Shown: positions 16,834 to 26,265 of the stretch, one piece after another
How the letters are laid out: the number at the start of each line of letters is the position of its first letter
Position numbering within the stretch: position 1 is the first letter of the stretch
Virus record (IMG/VR): IMGVR_UViG_3300047272_000461
Span: 1 to 51,051 of that record
Length of the DNA: 51,051 nucleotides
Origin: a virus
Taxonomy: Duplodnaviria > Caudoviricetes
Strand: one strand, 5' to 3'
Translations under genes and position numbers: made by a program
Notes under the pieces: model-generated
The model's input: only the letters and a program-made list of their open reading frames with translations
The model's database searches: none
What the model was told of the DNA's origin: nothing

Positions 16834-17055
16834 ATGCGTCCCGACATCGACCCCAGTCCGGTTAACCTCCTCCTCGTGTGCAAGGAGCTCCGCGCTCTTC
16901 GCCGCAACCCCGACGTCAACCCGCTCATCAAAATCGACGCCACCCAGTCCTTCAAGGACGCCCTGTGGAAGAAGCTCGGCTTCCCGCCGGCTGTCTCCAA
17001 GTGGGACGACGAGGCGGTGGAGATGTATCTGGAAATTATTATCTCCGTCGGCTAA
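16834..17055 (+). CDS. Hypothetical protein
   Basis: 73-aa ORF. Confidence 0.65.
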   Translation: MRPDIDPSPVNLLLVCKELRALRRNPDVNPLIKIDATQSFKDALWKKLGFPPAVSKWDDEAVEMYLEIIISVG

Positions 17056-17098
17056 ACAAACGCTTGACTATCTAACCGAGACGGACCAACCTACCAAC

Positions 17099-17299
17099 AT
17101 GCAGATGAAACTCTTTAATCCCATCAAGGTGGACCGACGCCAGGGCGCCAAGCTCTGGGTCACCACGACCAAGGGCGTCCTCGACCTCTATGAGTCCGCC
17201 GTCTCCACCTGCGTCATCGGCGACGCCCTGTTCATCACCTCGCTGCCCCGCTGGGCTTGCGTCCGGTTCGGCCTGTGGCACCTTGTGCGTCGGGCGTAA
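17099..17299 (+). CDS. Hypothetical protein (MQMKLFNP...)
   Basis: ATG 6 nt after promoter TTGACT-N17-CAACCT (17064-17092). Confidence 0.65.
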   Translation: MQMKLFNPIKVDRRQGAKLWVTTTKGVLDLYESAVSTCVIGDALFITSLPRWACVRFGLWHLVRRA

Positions 17300-17326
17300 T
17301 TGGGCATAACAAAATCCTAACACGAC

Positions 17327-17821
17327 ATGTCCAAGCACCCTCCCCAACAATACCGTCTGCTCAACAACCCTTCGTTTGTTGCGGACATGAAGAACCCAAG
17401 CATCACGCTTCGGGACATCGCCTTGAAGTATGGCGCGTCTTACCCGACGGTCTGGAAGGTCGGCCACAAATACAATCTTACGGCAGGCCGCGTCCCTGGT
17501 GGGACGGAACGCAAGTTGGACGAGGAAACCATCGAGAAAATCAAGAACCTCACACTGGAAGGCAAGGACGTCCAAAGCATCTGCAAGTTGCTCGACATCG
17601 CTCCGGCAACCGTGTCGCGCTTCCGCAGGGAGTTCGGCCTGACCAAGGCCTACAAGAAGAGGGGCTACAAGCGGGATTGGAACAATGCCGACGAGAAGTC
17701 CGTTCCTTGCTCCCGCATCGCCCTCATCCGGGCGAGCAACTTCGCCGCGGCTCACGGTAAGGACCTCAAGACCCTTGTGGACGCCGCCATCAACCAATAC
17801 ATCGACTCTCAAACCGTATGA
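17327..17821 (+). CDS. Double helix-turn-helix DNA-binding protein
   Basis: TLRDIALKYGASYPTV and DVQSICKLLDIAPATVSRF HTH patterns. Confidence 0.75.
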   Translation: MSKHPPQQYRLLNNPSFVADMKNPSITLRDIALKYGASYPTVWKVGHKYNLTAGRVPGGTERKLDEETIEKIKNLTLEGKDVQSICKLLDIAPATVSRFRREFGLTKAYKKRGYKRDWNNADEKSVPCSRIALIRASNFAAAHGKDLKTLVDAAINQYIDSQTV

Positions 17822-18147
17822 GCAAGCCCCTCATCTGCTACTCTCCGGCGGACGTGCCTAACACGCCGGTGGCGCTCCTCAACGAGGTCCGCTGCCTGTC
17901 GGGTCTGCACAACATCGTCGTGGCTATGAACGCCACGCGCGAGGCAGAGCCGTTGGTTCGCTTCCGCCAGTCTGACACTTGGGAGGTCGTGTGCGGGAAG
18001 CCCCGCTACTCCGTCCAAATCTACGACCTCGCCAAGGACCTGGAGACGCACGCTTACGACTGCAACACGGTGACGGAGGTCCGTGCGTTCCTGCTCGGCA
18101 TCCTCTCCCACCGGCGCTTCCGCAGAAACTTGAAAAGAGTCGCTTGA
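17818..18147 (+). CDS. Hypothetical protein
   Basis: 109-aa tiled ORF. Confidence 0.65.
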   Translation: MSKPLICYSPADVPNTPVALLNEVRCLSGLHNIVVAMNATREAEPLVRFRQSDTWEVVCGKPRYSVQIYDLAKDLETHAYDCNTVTEVRAFLLGILSHRRFRRNLKRVA

Positions 18148-18187
18148 CTTTTCGCAACCGCTCGCCCACACTACTCATCTCTCACCC

Positions 18188-18400
18188 ATGAACCGAAATA
18201 ACATCAGCCCGAAGAACGTCACCCGTGCCGAAGAAGACCTCCAGGTCGCCAAGCTCCGCCACGAGAACACCCGCACGCTCTCGACGCAGCTCGCCCTCCA
18301 CAAGGCCGAGAAGAAGCTCGAGCGCCTCTACAAGCAGGTGGACCCCATCGCCCTCGAAGCCCACCGCAAGGTGCAGGCGAAGATGGCGGGCAACGCCTAA
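18188..18400 (+). CDS. Hypothetical protein
   Basis: 70-aa ORF after promoter TTGACT-N17-CACACT (18144-18172). Confidence 0.7.
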   Translation: MNRNNISPKNVTRAEEDLQVAKLRHENTRTLSTQLALHKAEKKLERLYKQVDPIALEAHRKVQAKMAGNA

Positions 18401-18421
18401 CACTCTCACCCACCCAGAACA

Positions 18422-18679
18422 ATGACCAACATCCCTCCCTCCTCTCACGGCATGTCCGGCTGGCACAAGCGCCTCGCTGACCGCCGTGCCGCTCGCCTCG
18501 CCAAGGAAGCGGCCGCCGCCCAGTCCGTGCAGGACCGCCACGCCGGTGCCGCCGCCTTCCGCAAGGAAGTCGCCGAACACCGCGCGATGAAGATTGCCGG
18601 CACCCTGCCCCCCGCTACCAAGACCTCGCCCGAACACGGCGATGTCGGCGGCTACGACATGAACGGCAACCCTGTCTAA
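18422..18679 (+). CDS. Hypothetical protein
   Basis: 85-aa ORF. Confidence 0.65.
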   Translation: MTNIPPSSHGMSGWHKRLADRRAARLAKEAAAAQSVQDRHAGAAAFRKEVAEHRAMKIAGTLPPATKTSPEHGDVGGYDMNGNPV

Positions 18680-18684
18680 CACCT

Positions 18685-18939
18685 ATGAGCGAAGCCACCC
18701 TCAAAGCACAAGTCATCGACGCTCTCTTCGAGTCCGCTCTCGCCCTGCGCGAGAAGGCTCGTGAGACGAGCCATGAGAACCAGAACCTCGCCGACGCTAT
18801 GGAAGCCGGTGCGATGGCTCTCTGCGTCATCTGGGCCACCTGGAAGGACAAGCAGGAGGACGAGATGCTGGATTTCCAGCGTCGCGCCATCGACGCCTCC
18901 GTCCAGCGTATGAACCGCATCAACACCAAGAAGAACTAA
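18685..18939 (+). CDS. Hypothetical protein
   Basis: 84-aa ORF. Confidence 0.65.
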   Translation: MSEATLKAQVIDALFESALALREKARETSHENQNLADAMEAGAMALCVIWATWKDKQEDEMLDFQRRAIDASVQRMNRINTKKN

Positions 18940-18940
18940 C

Positions 18941-19162
18941 ATGGACGCTTGGGTCTATCATCGGATGCTGCTGGTTCGCTTCCAGCGTCGTTTGGACAAC
19001 GCCAAGGCCAACTACGCCAAGGCGAAGGCCGAAGGTCGCCACGGGGCTGCCAAGGTGTTCAAGGAGGAGGCGCGTGACCTCGACCGGGGACTCCAATACA
19101 TGGAGGCCTGGTCGCCTTGGTTCATCAAGGAGTTCGAGAAGCCGGAGGTGACCAATGGCTAA
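18941..19162 (+). CDS. Hypothetical protein
   Basis: 73-aa ORF. Confidence 0.65.
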   Translation: MDAWVYHRMLLVRFQRRLDNAKANYAKAKAEGRHGAAKVFKEEARDLDRGLQYMEAWSPWFIKEFEKPEVTNG

Positions 19163-19397
19163 CATCGCTGCCCTGCTCAAGCAGGCCGGCCCTCCGGTCG
19201 AAATCGACGGACGCATCTGCTTCGGCATCCACTACTTCGACACCGAGGAGAAGGCGGATGCTTACGGCAAGGCGGTTCGCCTCCGGGGGGACACCTACAA
19301 CGGCGGATACTCGCACGGCGCTTCGTGCGGCCGCGACAAGTCCTGGGACTACGTCCGCAAGGACGGCGTCAAACTCTATGGGGTCACCGTCGCATGA
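19155..19397 (+). CDS. Hypothetical protein (TYNGGY.HG..CGRD motif)
   Basis: 80-aa ORF. Confidence 0.65.
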   Translation: MANIAALLKQAGPPVEIDGRICFGIHYFDTEEKADAYGKAVRLRGDTYNGGYSHGASCGRDKSWDYVRKDGVKLYGVTVA

Positions 19398-19594
19398 GTG
19401 ACAAGGACTATGACCTTGGGCGGGCTGACCGCCTGTGGGTCGCCATCCGGTCGCTACGCCAAGACTTGGAGCTGAACCAGACCAAGACCGACGCTGGCAG
19501 GGAGCGCGCCCACTGGCTCATCGACAACTACGAGTCCGAGCTGTTTGAAATCCTCGCCCGGTATGACCTCAACCCGAAGGATTATGGTTATTAG
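19394..19594 (+). CDS. Hypothetical protein (MSDKDYDL...)
   Basis: ATGA overlap with upstream stop. Confidence 0.65.
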   Translation: MSDKDYDLGRADRLWVAIRSLRQDLELNQTKTDAGRERAHWLIDNYESELFEILARYDLNPKDYGY

Positions 19595-19633
19595 CGGTTG
19601 ACTATTACCCAAGGGTAAGAGTATCCCACATCT

Positions 19634-19954
19634 ATGAGCAGCAGACCCTCAACCCAGTCCATCCACGATGCGTTCATGGCTACTGCCACCGCCGTGGAAT
19701 ACCTAACAGTCGTGAAGCAGCACCTCGTCGCTCTCCACTACGCCTCCGACGAAGTCGATAACTCCGCCTTCCTTGTGGAGAACCACCATCGCTGGGCCGC
19801 CCCGGATGCAGATACCCACGATGTCCTGTTCGCCCGCCATGAGAAGGCGAAGGAAGCCCTATCATCCCGATACGCCGGCAACGAGCTCAACCTCCTCCGC
19901 GCTCAAATCGAGGAAGCCGAGCAGATGCTCCGCAAGGCGAAGGAACTCCTCTAA
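19634..19954 (+). CDS. Hypothetical protein
   Basis: 106-aa ORF after TTGACT at 19598. Confidence 0.65.
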   Translation: MSSRPSTQSIHDAFMATATAVEYLTVVKQHLVALHYASDEVDNSAFLVENHHRWAAPDADTHDVLFARHEKAKEALSSRYAGNELNLLRAQIEEAEQMLRKAKELL

Positions 19955-20085
19955 AGACAGAAGCCAGACTGTGACATCTGGCTTCCACGGCTTGCGCCGT
20001 TTGCGAGTAAGGGGTCACTCGCCTTTTACCACATGACCAAACAACAACAACGACGCCCTTTGAGAGGTGTCAACCGACTCACCCG

Positions 20086-20313
20086 ATGAACATGAATACG
20101 CCGCCTAACATCCGTTGTCCTTGGAAGTGCGACAAGGGATGGATTGGCGAACCAGAAATCACCATCGACGGCAAGACCTGGACGGCTGAAAGCCAGTGCG
20201 CCGGTTGCGGTGCTTACGCCATTTGGGACTTCAACCCTGACCGCCCGCTCGCCGAGCAGAAGCTTTGGGTCAAGGAGTCTTACGAGGGCTTCTGGGAAGG
20301 TCCCCAGTCTTAA
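20086..20313 (+). CDS. Small Zn-ribbon-like protein
   Basis: CPWKC...CAGC cysteine pairs. Confidence 0.6.
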   Translation: MNMNTPPNIRCPWKCDKGWIGEPEITIDGKTWTAESQCAGCGAYAIWDFNPDRPLAEQKLWVKESYEGFWEGPQS

Positions 20314-20675
20314 CCCCTCTGCGTGTAGCGACGCAGGAGCAGGGAGGCCGCGATGCCGGTCCCGCCGATGACGACTGCCAGGCCGATGTCCTTCAGGTAG
20401 CCGAGCGTCCTGGTTGCCGTTGTTAGGTTTGCCTCCAGCTTGGCATCATCACTCTTCAGACCAGCATCCGTGATGAGGAGGGCCATCGTGTTCGAGTCCT
20501 GGAAGGATGCAAGGACATAGTCGCAAGTCCACGCCGTGAACCCGGCGGCCAGTAGCGAGATGCTCAAGAGGCCGAGCAACGCCCACATCAAGTTGACCTC
20601 TCCAGCGCTCTTGGCGGGCGCGGCAGGAGGCTTACTTGCGCTTCTTGGCTTTGCCTTTGGCTTTGCCTTTGCCAC
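20310..20675 (-). CDS. Two-TM membrane protein in lysis block
   Basis: Two hydrophobic segments; start uncertain. Confidence 0.6.
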   Translation of the reverse strand: MAKAKPKAKPRSASKPPAAPAKSAGEVNLMWALLGLLSISLLAAGFTAWTCDYVLASFQDSNTMALLITDAGLKSDDAKLEANLTTATRTLGYLKDIGLAVVIGGTGIAASLLLRRYTQRG

Positions 20676-21030
20676 CGGTGACCTCCTTGAGTTTGGCCTC
20701 CCCCTTCGCTTTCACGTAGCGGAGGAAGTAGTCTGCCACTTCGGGAGCGGCGTATCCCGCACCGCCTACGCATGAGAGCCATAGTCCGGTGCTGTTGAAG
20801 TGGTCCTTGGTCGCCAGTCCGACAATGGCAGCCGTGATGGCTGCGGCCAGGAAGCGACGAAGCACGAAGCCAAAGGTGACCGGCTCCGTCGAGAGGAGGA
20901 TACGCGCCGTCATCGCAAACCCGCCGAGGATGGATGCGATGATGCTGTCCTTCACATAAGGCCCTATGTCTACGGCGGCGCGTCCTGCGTCGCCCGCAGC
21001 TCCAGGGTCAGGTGAAGGAGGGGTGGTCAT
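20632..21030 (-). CDS. Putative holin
   Basis: Three hydrophobic segments, basic C-terminus, located after tail genes. Confidence 0.65.
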   Translation of the reverse strand: MTTPPSPDPGAAGDAGRAAVDIGPYVKDSIIASILGGFAMTARILLSTEPVTFGFVLRRFLAAAITAAIVGLATKDHFNSTGLWLSCVGGAGYAAPEVADYFLRYVKAKGEAKLKEVTGGKGKAKGKAKKRK

Positions 21031-21827
21031 TCAGCGGGCTTATTGTCCGGCTGGTTCTCGAAAGACGTTGGCTTCTTTCTGAAGACCACACGTGCCACCC
21101 CAATCGCGCCGAGTAGGGCAAATGTTCCGACTATGTAAGGGAAATACGGAGTGCCCCAGATGAAGGGGAAGGAGGACAGGGCGAAGCCGGCGCCGAGAAG
21201 CTGAAGGCCAATGACTTTCGGGCCGAAGATGAAGCACGCCACCCCAGCAAGGCAAACAAGTCCCCCCAGGTATAGGAACTTGTCCTTCCGCGCTTCTTCA
21301 GCTTCCAAAACACGGAGTGCTTTCTCTTGCGCCAGTGCCTGCTCCCTCTCTTGGAGCTTCGCATCGAACTCCGCCTGCTTCTTCGCCTTCTCCGCTTCAT
21401 ACTTGGCGTCCGCTTCCTTGAGCTTGACCCGGAGCGCCACCGCTTCCGCTTGTTCCTTGCCATAAGCGTCAGCAATTGGTTGCCCGCCTAGAGCGGCTTG
21501 GGCGCGTTTCTGTGCCGCCTGCCAGTCCGCATCCTCCGCCTTGCCGACGAGCGTCTTGGCGAGCTTGATTTCGGACTTCAGGACCTCTTGGTTCTTCGAG
21601 GGCGGCTCTTTGTCGACGAGGACATTTGCCATGCCCACAGCGGCCGCAGCCTTCGATAGGCGCTCTGCCGTCGCCTTGTCCAACTCCTTCTCCGCGCCTG
21701 CAAGACCATTGGTCGTTGCGGGCTCCGGGAGAGGAGGCAGCTCCTTCTTGCCGTCGAACAGAGAGCATCCAGTCAGGAGAACCAGGGCTGTGAGCAACCC
21801 TGTGAATAGTGTGAACGGTCTGCCCAT
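21027..21827 (-). CDS. Lipoprotein with coiled coil and C-terminal TM segments (spanin-like)
   Basis: Lipobox LLTGC, long Ala/Glu/Lys coiled coil, three C-terminal hydrophobic stretches. Confidence 0.6.
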   Translation of the reverse strand: MGRPFTLFTGLLTALVLLTGCSLFDGKKELPPLPEPATTNGLAGAEKELDKATAERLSKAAAAVGMANVLVDKEPPSKNQEVLKSEIKLAKTLVGKAEDADWQAAQKRAQAALGGQPIADAYGKEQAEAVALRVKLKEADAKYEAEKAKKQAEFDAKLQEREQALAQEKALRVLEAEEARKDKFLYLGGLVCLAGVACFIFGPKVIGLQLLGAGFALSSFPFIWGTPYFPYIVGTFALLGAIGVARVVFRKKPTSFENQPDNKPAE

Positions 21828-21858
21828 ACAATGATGGACAATTTGTCCACCCCTTCCG

Positions 21859-22065
21859 TCAGGCGGTTGGGGGCGTGTAGTCGAGTTGCTCTTCCGTGAT
21901 GAGGGCTATTAGGTCTTCCTTCGACGCGGCCACGGTGAAGGCAAGACTAGTGAAGGCCTTTCCGCCCTTGGGAAAGTGCGTAATGCCTGCGACCTTTTTC
22001 GTAGTCGAGTCGTAGAAGGCAACCCAGCCCTCCGGGATGACGATGTTCTTTCTTGCGATGCTCAT
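21859..22065 (-). CDS. Small tail-fibre-associated protein
   Basis: 68-aa ORF at the end of the fibre operon. Confidence 0.6.
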   Translation of the reverse strand: MSIARKNIVIPEGWVAFYDSTTKKVAGITHFPKGGKAFTSLAFTVAASKEDLIALITEEQLDYTPPTA

Positions 22066-22068
22066 AGG

Positions 22069-23094
22069 TTATGGAGGTGAAGATGCGTTGAAGAAGTATC
22101 CGCCGTTGCCGTCGGCGTAAATGTAGCCGCCGTTGCCCGACCAATACTCGTAAAAGTAAGGCGACAGGACGGTGTAGTATGATGGGGTGACCGTGTAGAA
22201 GGTGGACCCGCCTGAACCATCAGACCCCGTGTAGCCATACGTCCAAGGGTAGACTGGGCTGTTATTGGAGTCATAGGCGCTCCACATCATGTCATAGTTG
22301 TTCGTGTTTACGCCGGTGGCGGTCAGCGCAAAGCCAGAGTATCCAGACAGGTAAAGCACCGTGCTCGTGTATGTGCCACCATACCCATCAGAGTATGTGT
22401 AAGTGTTTCCGGTCACGCCTTCCCAATAGACATTGTTTGCGTCATAAGCTCCGGAGAAATAACTCGGCAGCGACATCTGCACGCCATACGCAGGGTAAGG
22501 CGGGTTGTTGTCCCACGACCCTTGGTAAGTCCCACAAAAGCCGTCAGCGTAGTTCTGGTAGAGTCCAGCAAACTCGCCATCCACCCAGTATGGAGTCCCG
22601 ACCTTTTCCCCATACATCGGGCAAGTAGTCGAGTAGTTGTCCACATAGTAGTAGGGATACATCTGGGTATCGAGGACTATTCGGCAGTCCGTCCCATTGT
22701 CGTAAATGTAGTATCCGCTGGAGTAGTTCCAGCTGATGGAGTCGTTGGTTATCACGCCTCCTGCGCCGTCTGCCATCTGGGAATAGTTCTGCGTCCCTGC
22801 GTCGTAGAAGTAGCCGGTCGAAGAGCAACCCTCCCAGTAGATGGTCACTGGGTTATTGGAAATAGTTAGGTAGAAGCCATACGGGTAATGGCATGGCGAC
22901 TCACCGGTCGAGTTGACTATGTAAGAGCCACCCACGCCGTCGGCATAGTGGTTCTCCTTGTTGTAGTAGCCAGTAAAGCTATTACTCGCCGCATCCATGA
23001 TGGTCGTCTCGGTGCAAACCCCATACAGGAAAGTGCCGTATGGAGGGATACCGCCGCCTCCGCCTGCGATGATGCCGGGGAGTCCTACAATCAT
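22069..23094 (-). CDS. Tyr/Gly-rich repeat protein, putative receptor-binding tip
   Basis: Six (Y/M/G)-(A/S)-DG-x-(G/C)G repeats. Confidence 0.7.
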   Translation of the reverse strand: MIVGLPGIIAGGGGGIPPYGTFLYGVCTETTIMDAASNSFTGYYNKENHYADGVGGSYIVNSTGESPCHYPYGFYLTISNNPVTIYWEGCSSTGYFYDAGTQNYSQMADGAGGVITNDSISWNYSSGYYIYDNGTDCRIVLDTQMYPYYYVDNYSTTCPMYGEKVGTPYWVDGEFAGLYQNYADGFCGTYQGSWDNNPPYPAYGVQMSLPSYFSGAYDANNVYWEGVTGNTYTYSDGYGGTYTSTVLYLSGYSGFALTATGVNTNNYDMMWSAYDSNNSPVYPWTYGYTGSDGSGGSTFYTVTPSYYTVLSPYFYEYWSGNGGYIYADGNGGYFFNASSPP

Positions 23095-25031
23095 ACGAGG
23101 TCGCCAGACAGCACCCAGGTGTTGGGTGCAATCTTGATTGCCGTGGCAACGGCGTATTGACCATTCATCGTGAAGCGCGAACCACGACTGATAAGCGTCA
23201 CGCCCTGGCCGGAGGCAGCCTGGAAGTAAGCCGAATAGGTGTCCATCTGGACGAACACAATCTGCGAACCGACCGGTATCCCGCCGTCATCAATGTCTCC
23301 CCAGAAGGTGATGGTGTGGGAAGTGGCCATCTCCGTGTCGATGAGAATGACGGCGTTTTTGTGATTACTGTAAACGGGGTCGATGTCAGAAAACACCGTC
23401 ATCACGGTAGTTCCGACCAACGCGCTGTTCAAGCTTGCCGTCGGCGTGTAAGAGTTCAGCGACGTCGTGACATAGGAAGTCGTCGCATACGATGACAGGT
23501 TCGCCTTCACATACGCAGTCGTCGCTATCTGCGTCGTATTTGTCGCCGTCGCAGCGGTTGGCGCGGCTGGTGTGCCGGTGAACGTCGGACTAGCGAGGTT
23601 TGCTTTCAGGTTATCCGCAGTCGTGACGAAGGCCGTAGTTGCAAGCTGCGTGCTGTTTGCTCCCGCCGAAGCCGTAGGCGCCGTTGGCACGCCAGTAAAA
23701 GCTGGAGATGCAAGTTGAGCAAGTGTCTGCGTCGTCCCATTGATGCGGGCAAAGACACTTGCCGTAGTCGTCCAGATGTCCCCATTTACCGGGGATGTAG
23801 GTGCCGTGCCATGCGGGATGTTGAAGCCAGCGTTTGAGGTTGTCGTGGCAATCGTGCCGACCTTGCCGTTCTGGTCGATGAAGGAGTATGTCGTGTCCGA
23901 GGCAACGTCCTTGAACTGGATGATGTCGCCCGTGCCTTCCTGCGTGATAACCAAGGCAGGCGAGGTCGAGTTCGTTGCAATCGTGACATTTCCCGTGAGC
24001 GCCGGGGATGCTAGGTTGGCTTTAAGTCCGAGCGCCGTATTGAGGTCGGTCTGCGAGCTGAGCGTGCCGGTTATGCTGCCCCAGGTCCCGCCACCACCTC
24101 CAGCAAGAAGGTTGGTAGCCACGCCCGCTCCAGCCGCCGTAAGGTCAATGTATGCGCCACGCGCGTCACCGCCCTGCTCAAAGATGCGAAGCTTGTTCTG
24201 GTAGACGTCGATGGTGACCCCAGTCCCCGATAGGGTCGTATTGGTCTGTGGCTTGGCGAGGAGGATTTCGCCACCTTCGTCGCCGGAGCTGTTTGCCGAG
24301 ACAAGGTTCGTGCCAGCCGTCACATTACCCGTGAAAGTCGGGGATGCCAACGGAGCATAGGTTGCGGCAGCCGCCGCCGAGGTCTGAAGACCAAGGGCAG
24401 AGATGGTGCGGTTCTCATACAATCCGGTCGAGGAATTGTAGCTGATGATGTCCTTGTCCGCCACACTGGAGATGCTGACGTTGTGCAGCTCCTCGATTTC
24501 AAAGCCGTTGGCTATGCGAAGCTGGATTGCCCCTTGGGTTTGGTGGGCGTAAGTAATCGTCCCAAGAAACACCATGTGATTGGGCGCGGACGGCTTCGTG
24601 GTCGTCCACCCACCCGCAGTCGTAGGCGACAGGTAGACCTTATCTCCATCCGTGTAGCCCTGCGTGTTCAGCTTATTGATGAACCCAGCGATGACGATGG
24701 TGCCATTGTTGTTATTGGCTATGTCCGTTTGGACAAGGCCGTATGTGCCGGAGGAATTGGCTTCGCTGTTTGCTTGAGCAAGGACCGCAAGGGCCTTGTT
24801 GCCGCTCGCTCCGTTCAAGTAGACGACTTGCCCCTTGGTCAGGGTCGCGCCGGTTTCATTTCTGACCGTGGCGGTCAGCGACACAGCCGACGCACCAATC
24901 TGCACAACATCACCAGCGTCCGTCAATGTGTAGGCATTGCCGTTCGTGGTGTTGATGGCAACCTCGCCGGTCACCAGAGAGCCTGCCGTCGGTTCGACAG
25001 TCCCTCTCTTCAGTCTGATAGTATTAGCCAT
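23091..25031 (-). CDS. Tail fibre protein
   Basis: MANTIRLKRG...GEVAIN N-terminus, LASP(T/A)FTG repeats, WGSITGTLSSQTDL, C-terminal WVLSGDL. Confidence 0.85.
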   Translation of the reverse strand: MANTIRLKRGTVEPTAGSLVTGEVAINTTNGNAYTLTDAGDVVQIGASAVSLTATVRNETGATLTKGQVVYLNGASGNKALAVLAQANSEANSSGTYGLVQTDIANNNNGTIVIAGFINKLNTQGYTDGDKVYLSPTTAGGWTTTKPSAPNHMVFLGTITYAHQTQGAIQLRIANGFEIEELHNVSISSVADKDIISYNSSTGLYENRTISALGLQTSAAAAATYAPLASPTFTGNVTAGTNLVSANSSGDEGGEILLAKPQTNTTLSGTGVTIDVYQNKLRIFEQGGDARGAYIDLTAAGAGVATNLLAGGGGGTWGSITGTLSSQTDLNTALGLKANLASPALTGNVTIATNSTSPALVITQEGTGDIIQFKDVASDTTYSFIDQNGKVGTIATTTSNAGFNIPHGTAPTSPVNGDIWTTTASVFARINGTTQTLAQLASPAFTGVPTAPTASAGANSTQLATTAFVTTADNLKANLASPTFTGTPAAPTAATATNTTQIATTAYVKANLSSYATTSYVTTSLNSYTPTASLNSALVGTTVMTVFSDIDPVYSNHKNAVILIDTEMATSHTITFWGDIDDGGIPVGSQIVFVQMDTYSAYFQAASGQGVTLISRGSRFTMNGQYAVATAIKIAPNTWVLSGDLV

Positions 25032-25050
25032 CTGTGGTGGCTATCTGTCA

Positions 25051-25953
25051 TCAGAACGAACCGCCGTCAATAGTCACGCCGTCGATTGTGCCGCCGGTAA
25101 TGGCGACGTTCGAGGCGGCTTGGGTGGCGATGGTGCCAAGACCAAGGTTGGTTCGCGCCGTGGACACCGAAGCCAGACCCGATAGGTTGCCCGCCTTGGT
25201 CAGGTAGTCGGCTGCAGCTTCAACAGCCATCGTGCCCAAGCCGAGGTTCGTCCGGGCGGTAGCCGCAGAGGTCAGGTCAGACAGGTTGTTCGCCTTGACC
25301 AGCTTCTCACCGAGGGAGGTCGAGATGGTCGTGGCGAAGTTGGCGTCGTTGCCAAGGGCAGTCGCCAGTTCGTTCAGGGTGTCGAGCGCCGCGCCTGCAC
25401 CCGCAACCAAGTTGCTTACCGCCGTCGAGACGAAGGCCGTCGTGGCGATTTGGGTTGTATTAGTTCCCGCAGTTGCGGTGGGAGCGGCAGGCGTTCCAGT
25501 AAAGGTAGGATTAGCGAGAGTAGCGTAGCCAGAGATGGAAGCCCCAGCCGGGATTGTGACGGTTCCCGTGAACGTCGGCGATGCGAGCGGGGCATAAGTG
25601 GTGGCCGCCGTGGCTGTCGTGAGATACGACGACATACCAGAGATGGTCTGGTAAGTGGACGAGGCGGTAGACGAAAGCAGATAGCCCGAAATCGACGCGC
25701 CCGCCGGAATGGTCACCGTGCCAGTAAAGGTCGGACTGGCCAGGGGTGCATAGGTCGATGCAGCAGTCGAAAGGTCGAGGAAAGCACCAGTGCCGCCGAT
25801 AGCGACGATGGAGGTCGCAGAACCACCCGCTCCACCGGTGCCCACGCCGATGTAGAGCTTGTTGCTAGCTTCGGAGTATGCGAGCTCAGCGTTTTGTAGG
25901 GTGGTCGGTGCGCTCGAAGACGTGGAGCGCTTGATGCGGAGGATGTTGCTCAT
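25051..25953 (-). CDS. Tail fibre protein
   Basis: LRIKRS...ELAY N-terminus, YAPLASPTFTG repeats, LDTLNELATALGND, ARTNLGLG, ends IDGGSF. Confidence 0.85.
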   Translation of the reverse strand: MSNILRIKRSTSSSAPTTLQNAELAYSEASNKLYIGVGTGGAGGSATSIVAIGGTGAFLDLSTAASTYAPLASPTFTGTVTIPAGASISGYLLSSTASSTYQTISGMSSYLTTATAATTYAPLASPTFTGTVTIPAGASISGYATLANPTFTGTPAAPTATAGTNTTQIATTAFVSTAVSNLVAGAGAALDTLNELATALGNDANFATTISTSLGEKLVKANNLSDLTSAATARTNLGLGTMAVEAAADYLTKAGNLSGLASVSTARTNLGLGTIATQAASNVAITGGTIDGVTIDGGSF

Positions 25954-25974
25954 TGAGGGGTATTACAATTTGGA

Positions 25975-26265
25975 TTAAAAATTACCACCGTCGGTGATGT
26001 TCTCGATGGGGAGGTTTCGGAACTTGGTGGCAGAGTAGACGATGGCGTCTCCGTCTTGGAGATTTGACAACTCCACGTCGGCGAGCTGACCTATGCTCGA
26101 AGCGGTGACATCGCCCGGAGGACCTGCTGGGCCTCTTGGACCTGGGATGCCCAAGTTGAAGGCCACATTCGCTACGGAGCCCACGCTGATGGTGATGGCA
26201 GGCGGCCAAGCGTCCTGCATACGGACGGTGAGCGAACCAATGCTGTTCAGGCGGGCGGTAATCAT
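25975..26265 (-). CDS. Short collagen-like fibre adaptor
   Basis: GPRGPAGPPG, LADV motif, ends DGGNF. Confidence 0.7.
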   Translation of the reverse strand: MITARLNSIGSLTVRMQDAWPPAITISVGSVANVAFNLGIPGPRGPAGPPGDVTASSIGQLADVELSNLQDGDAIVYSATKFRNLPIENITDGGNF

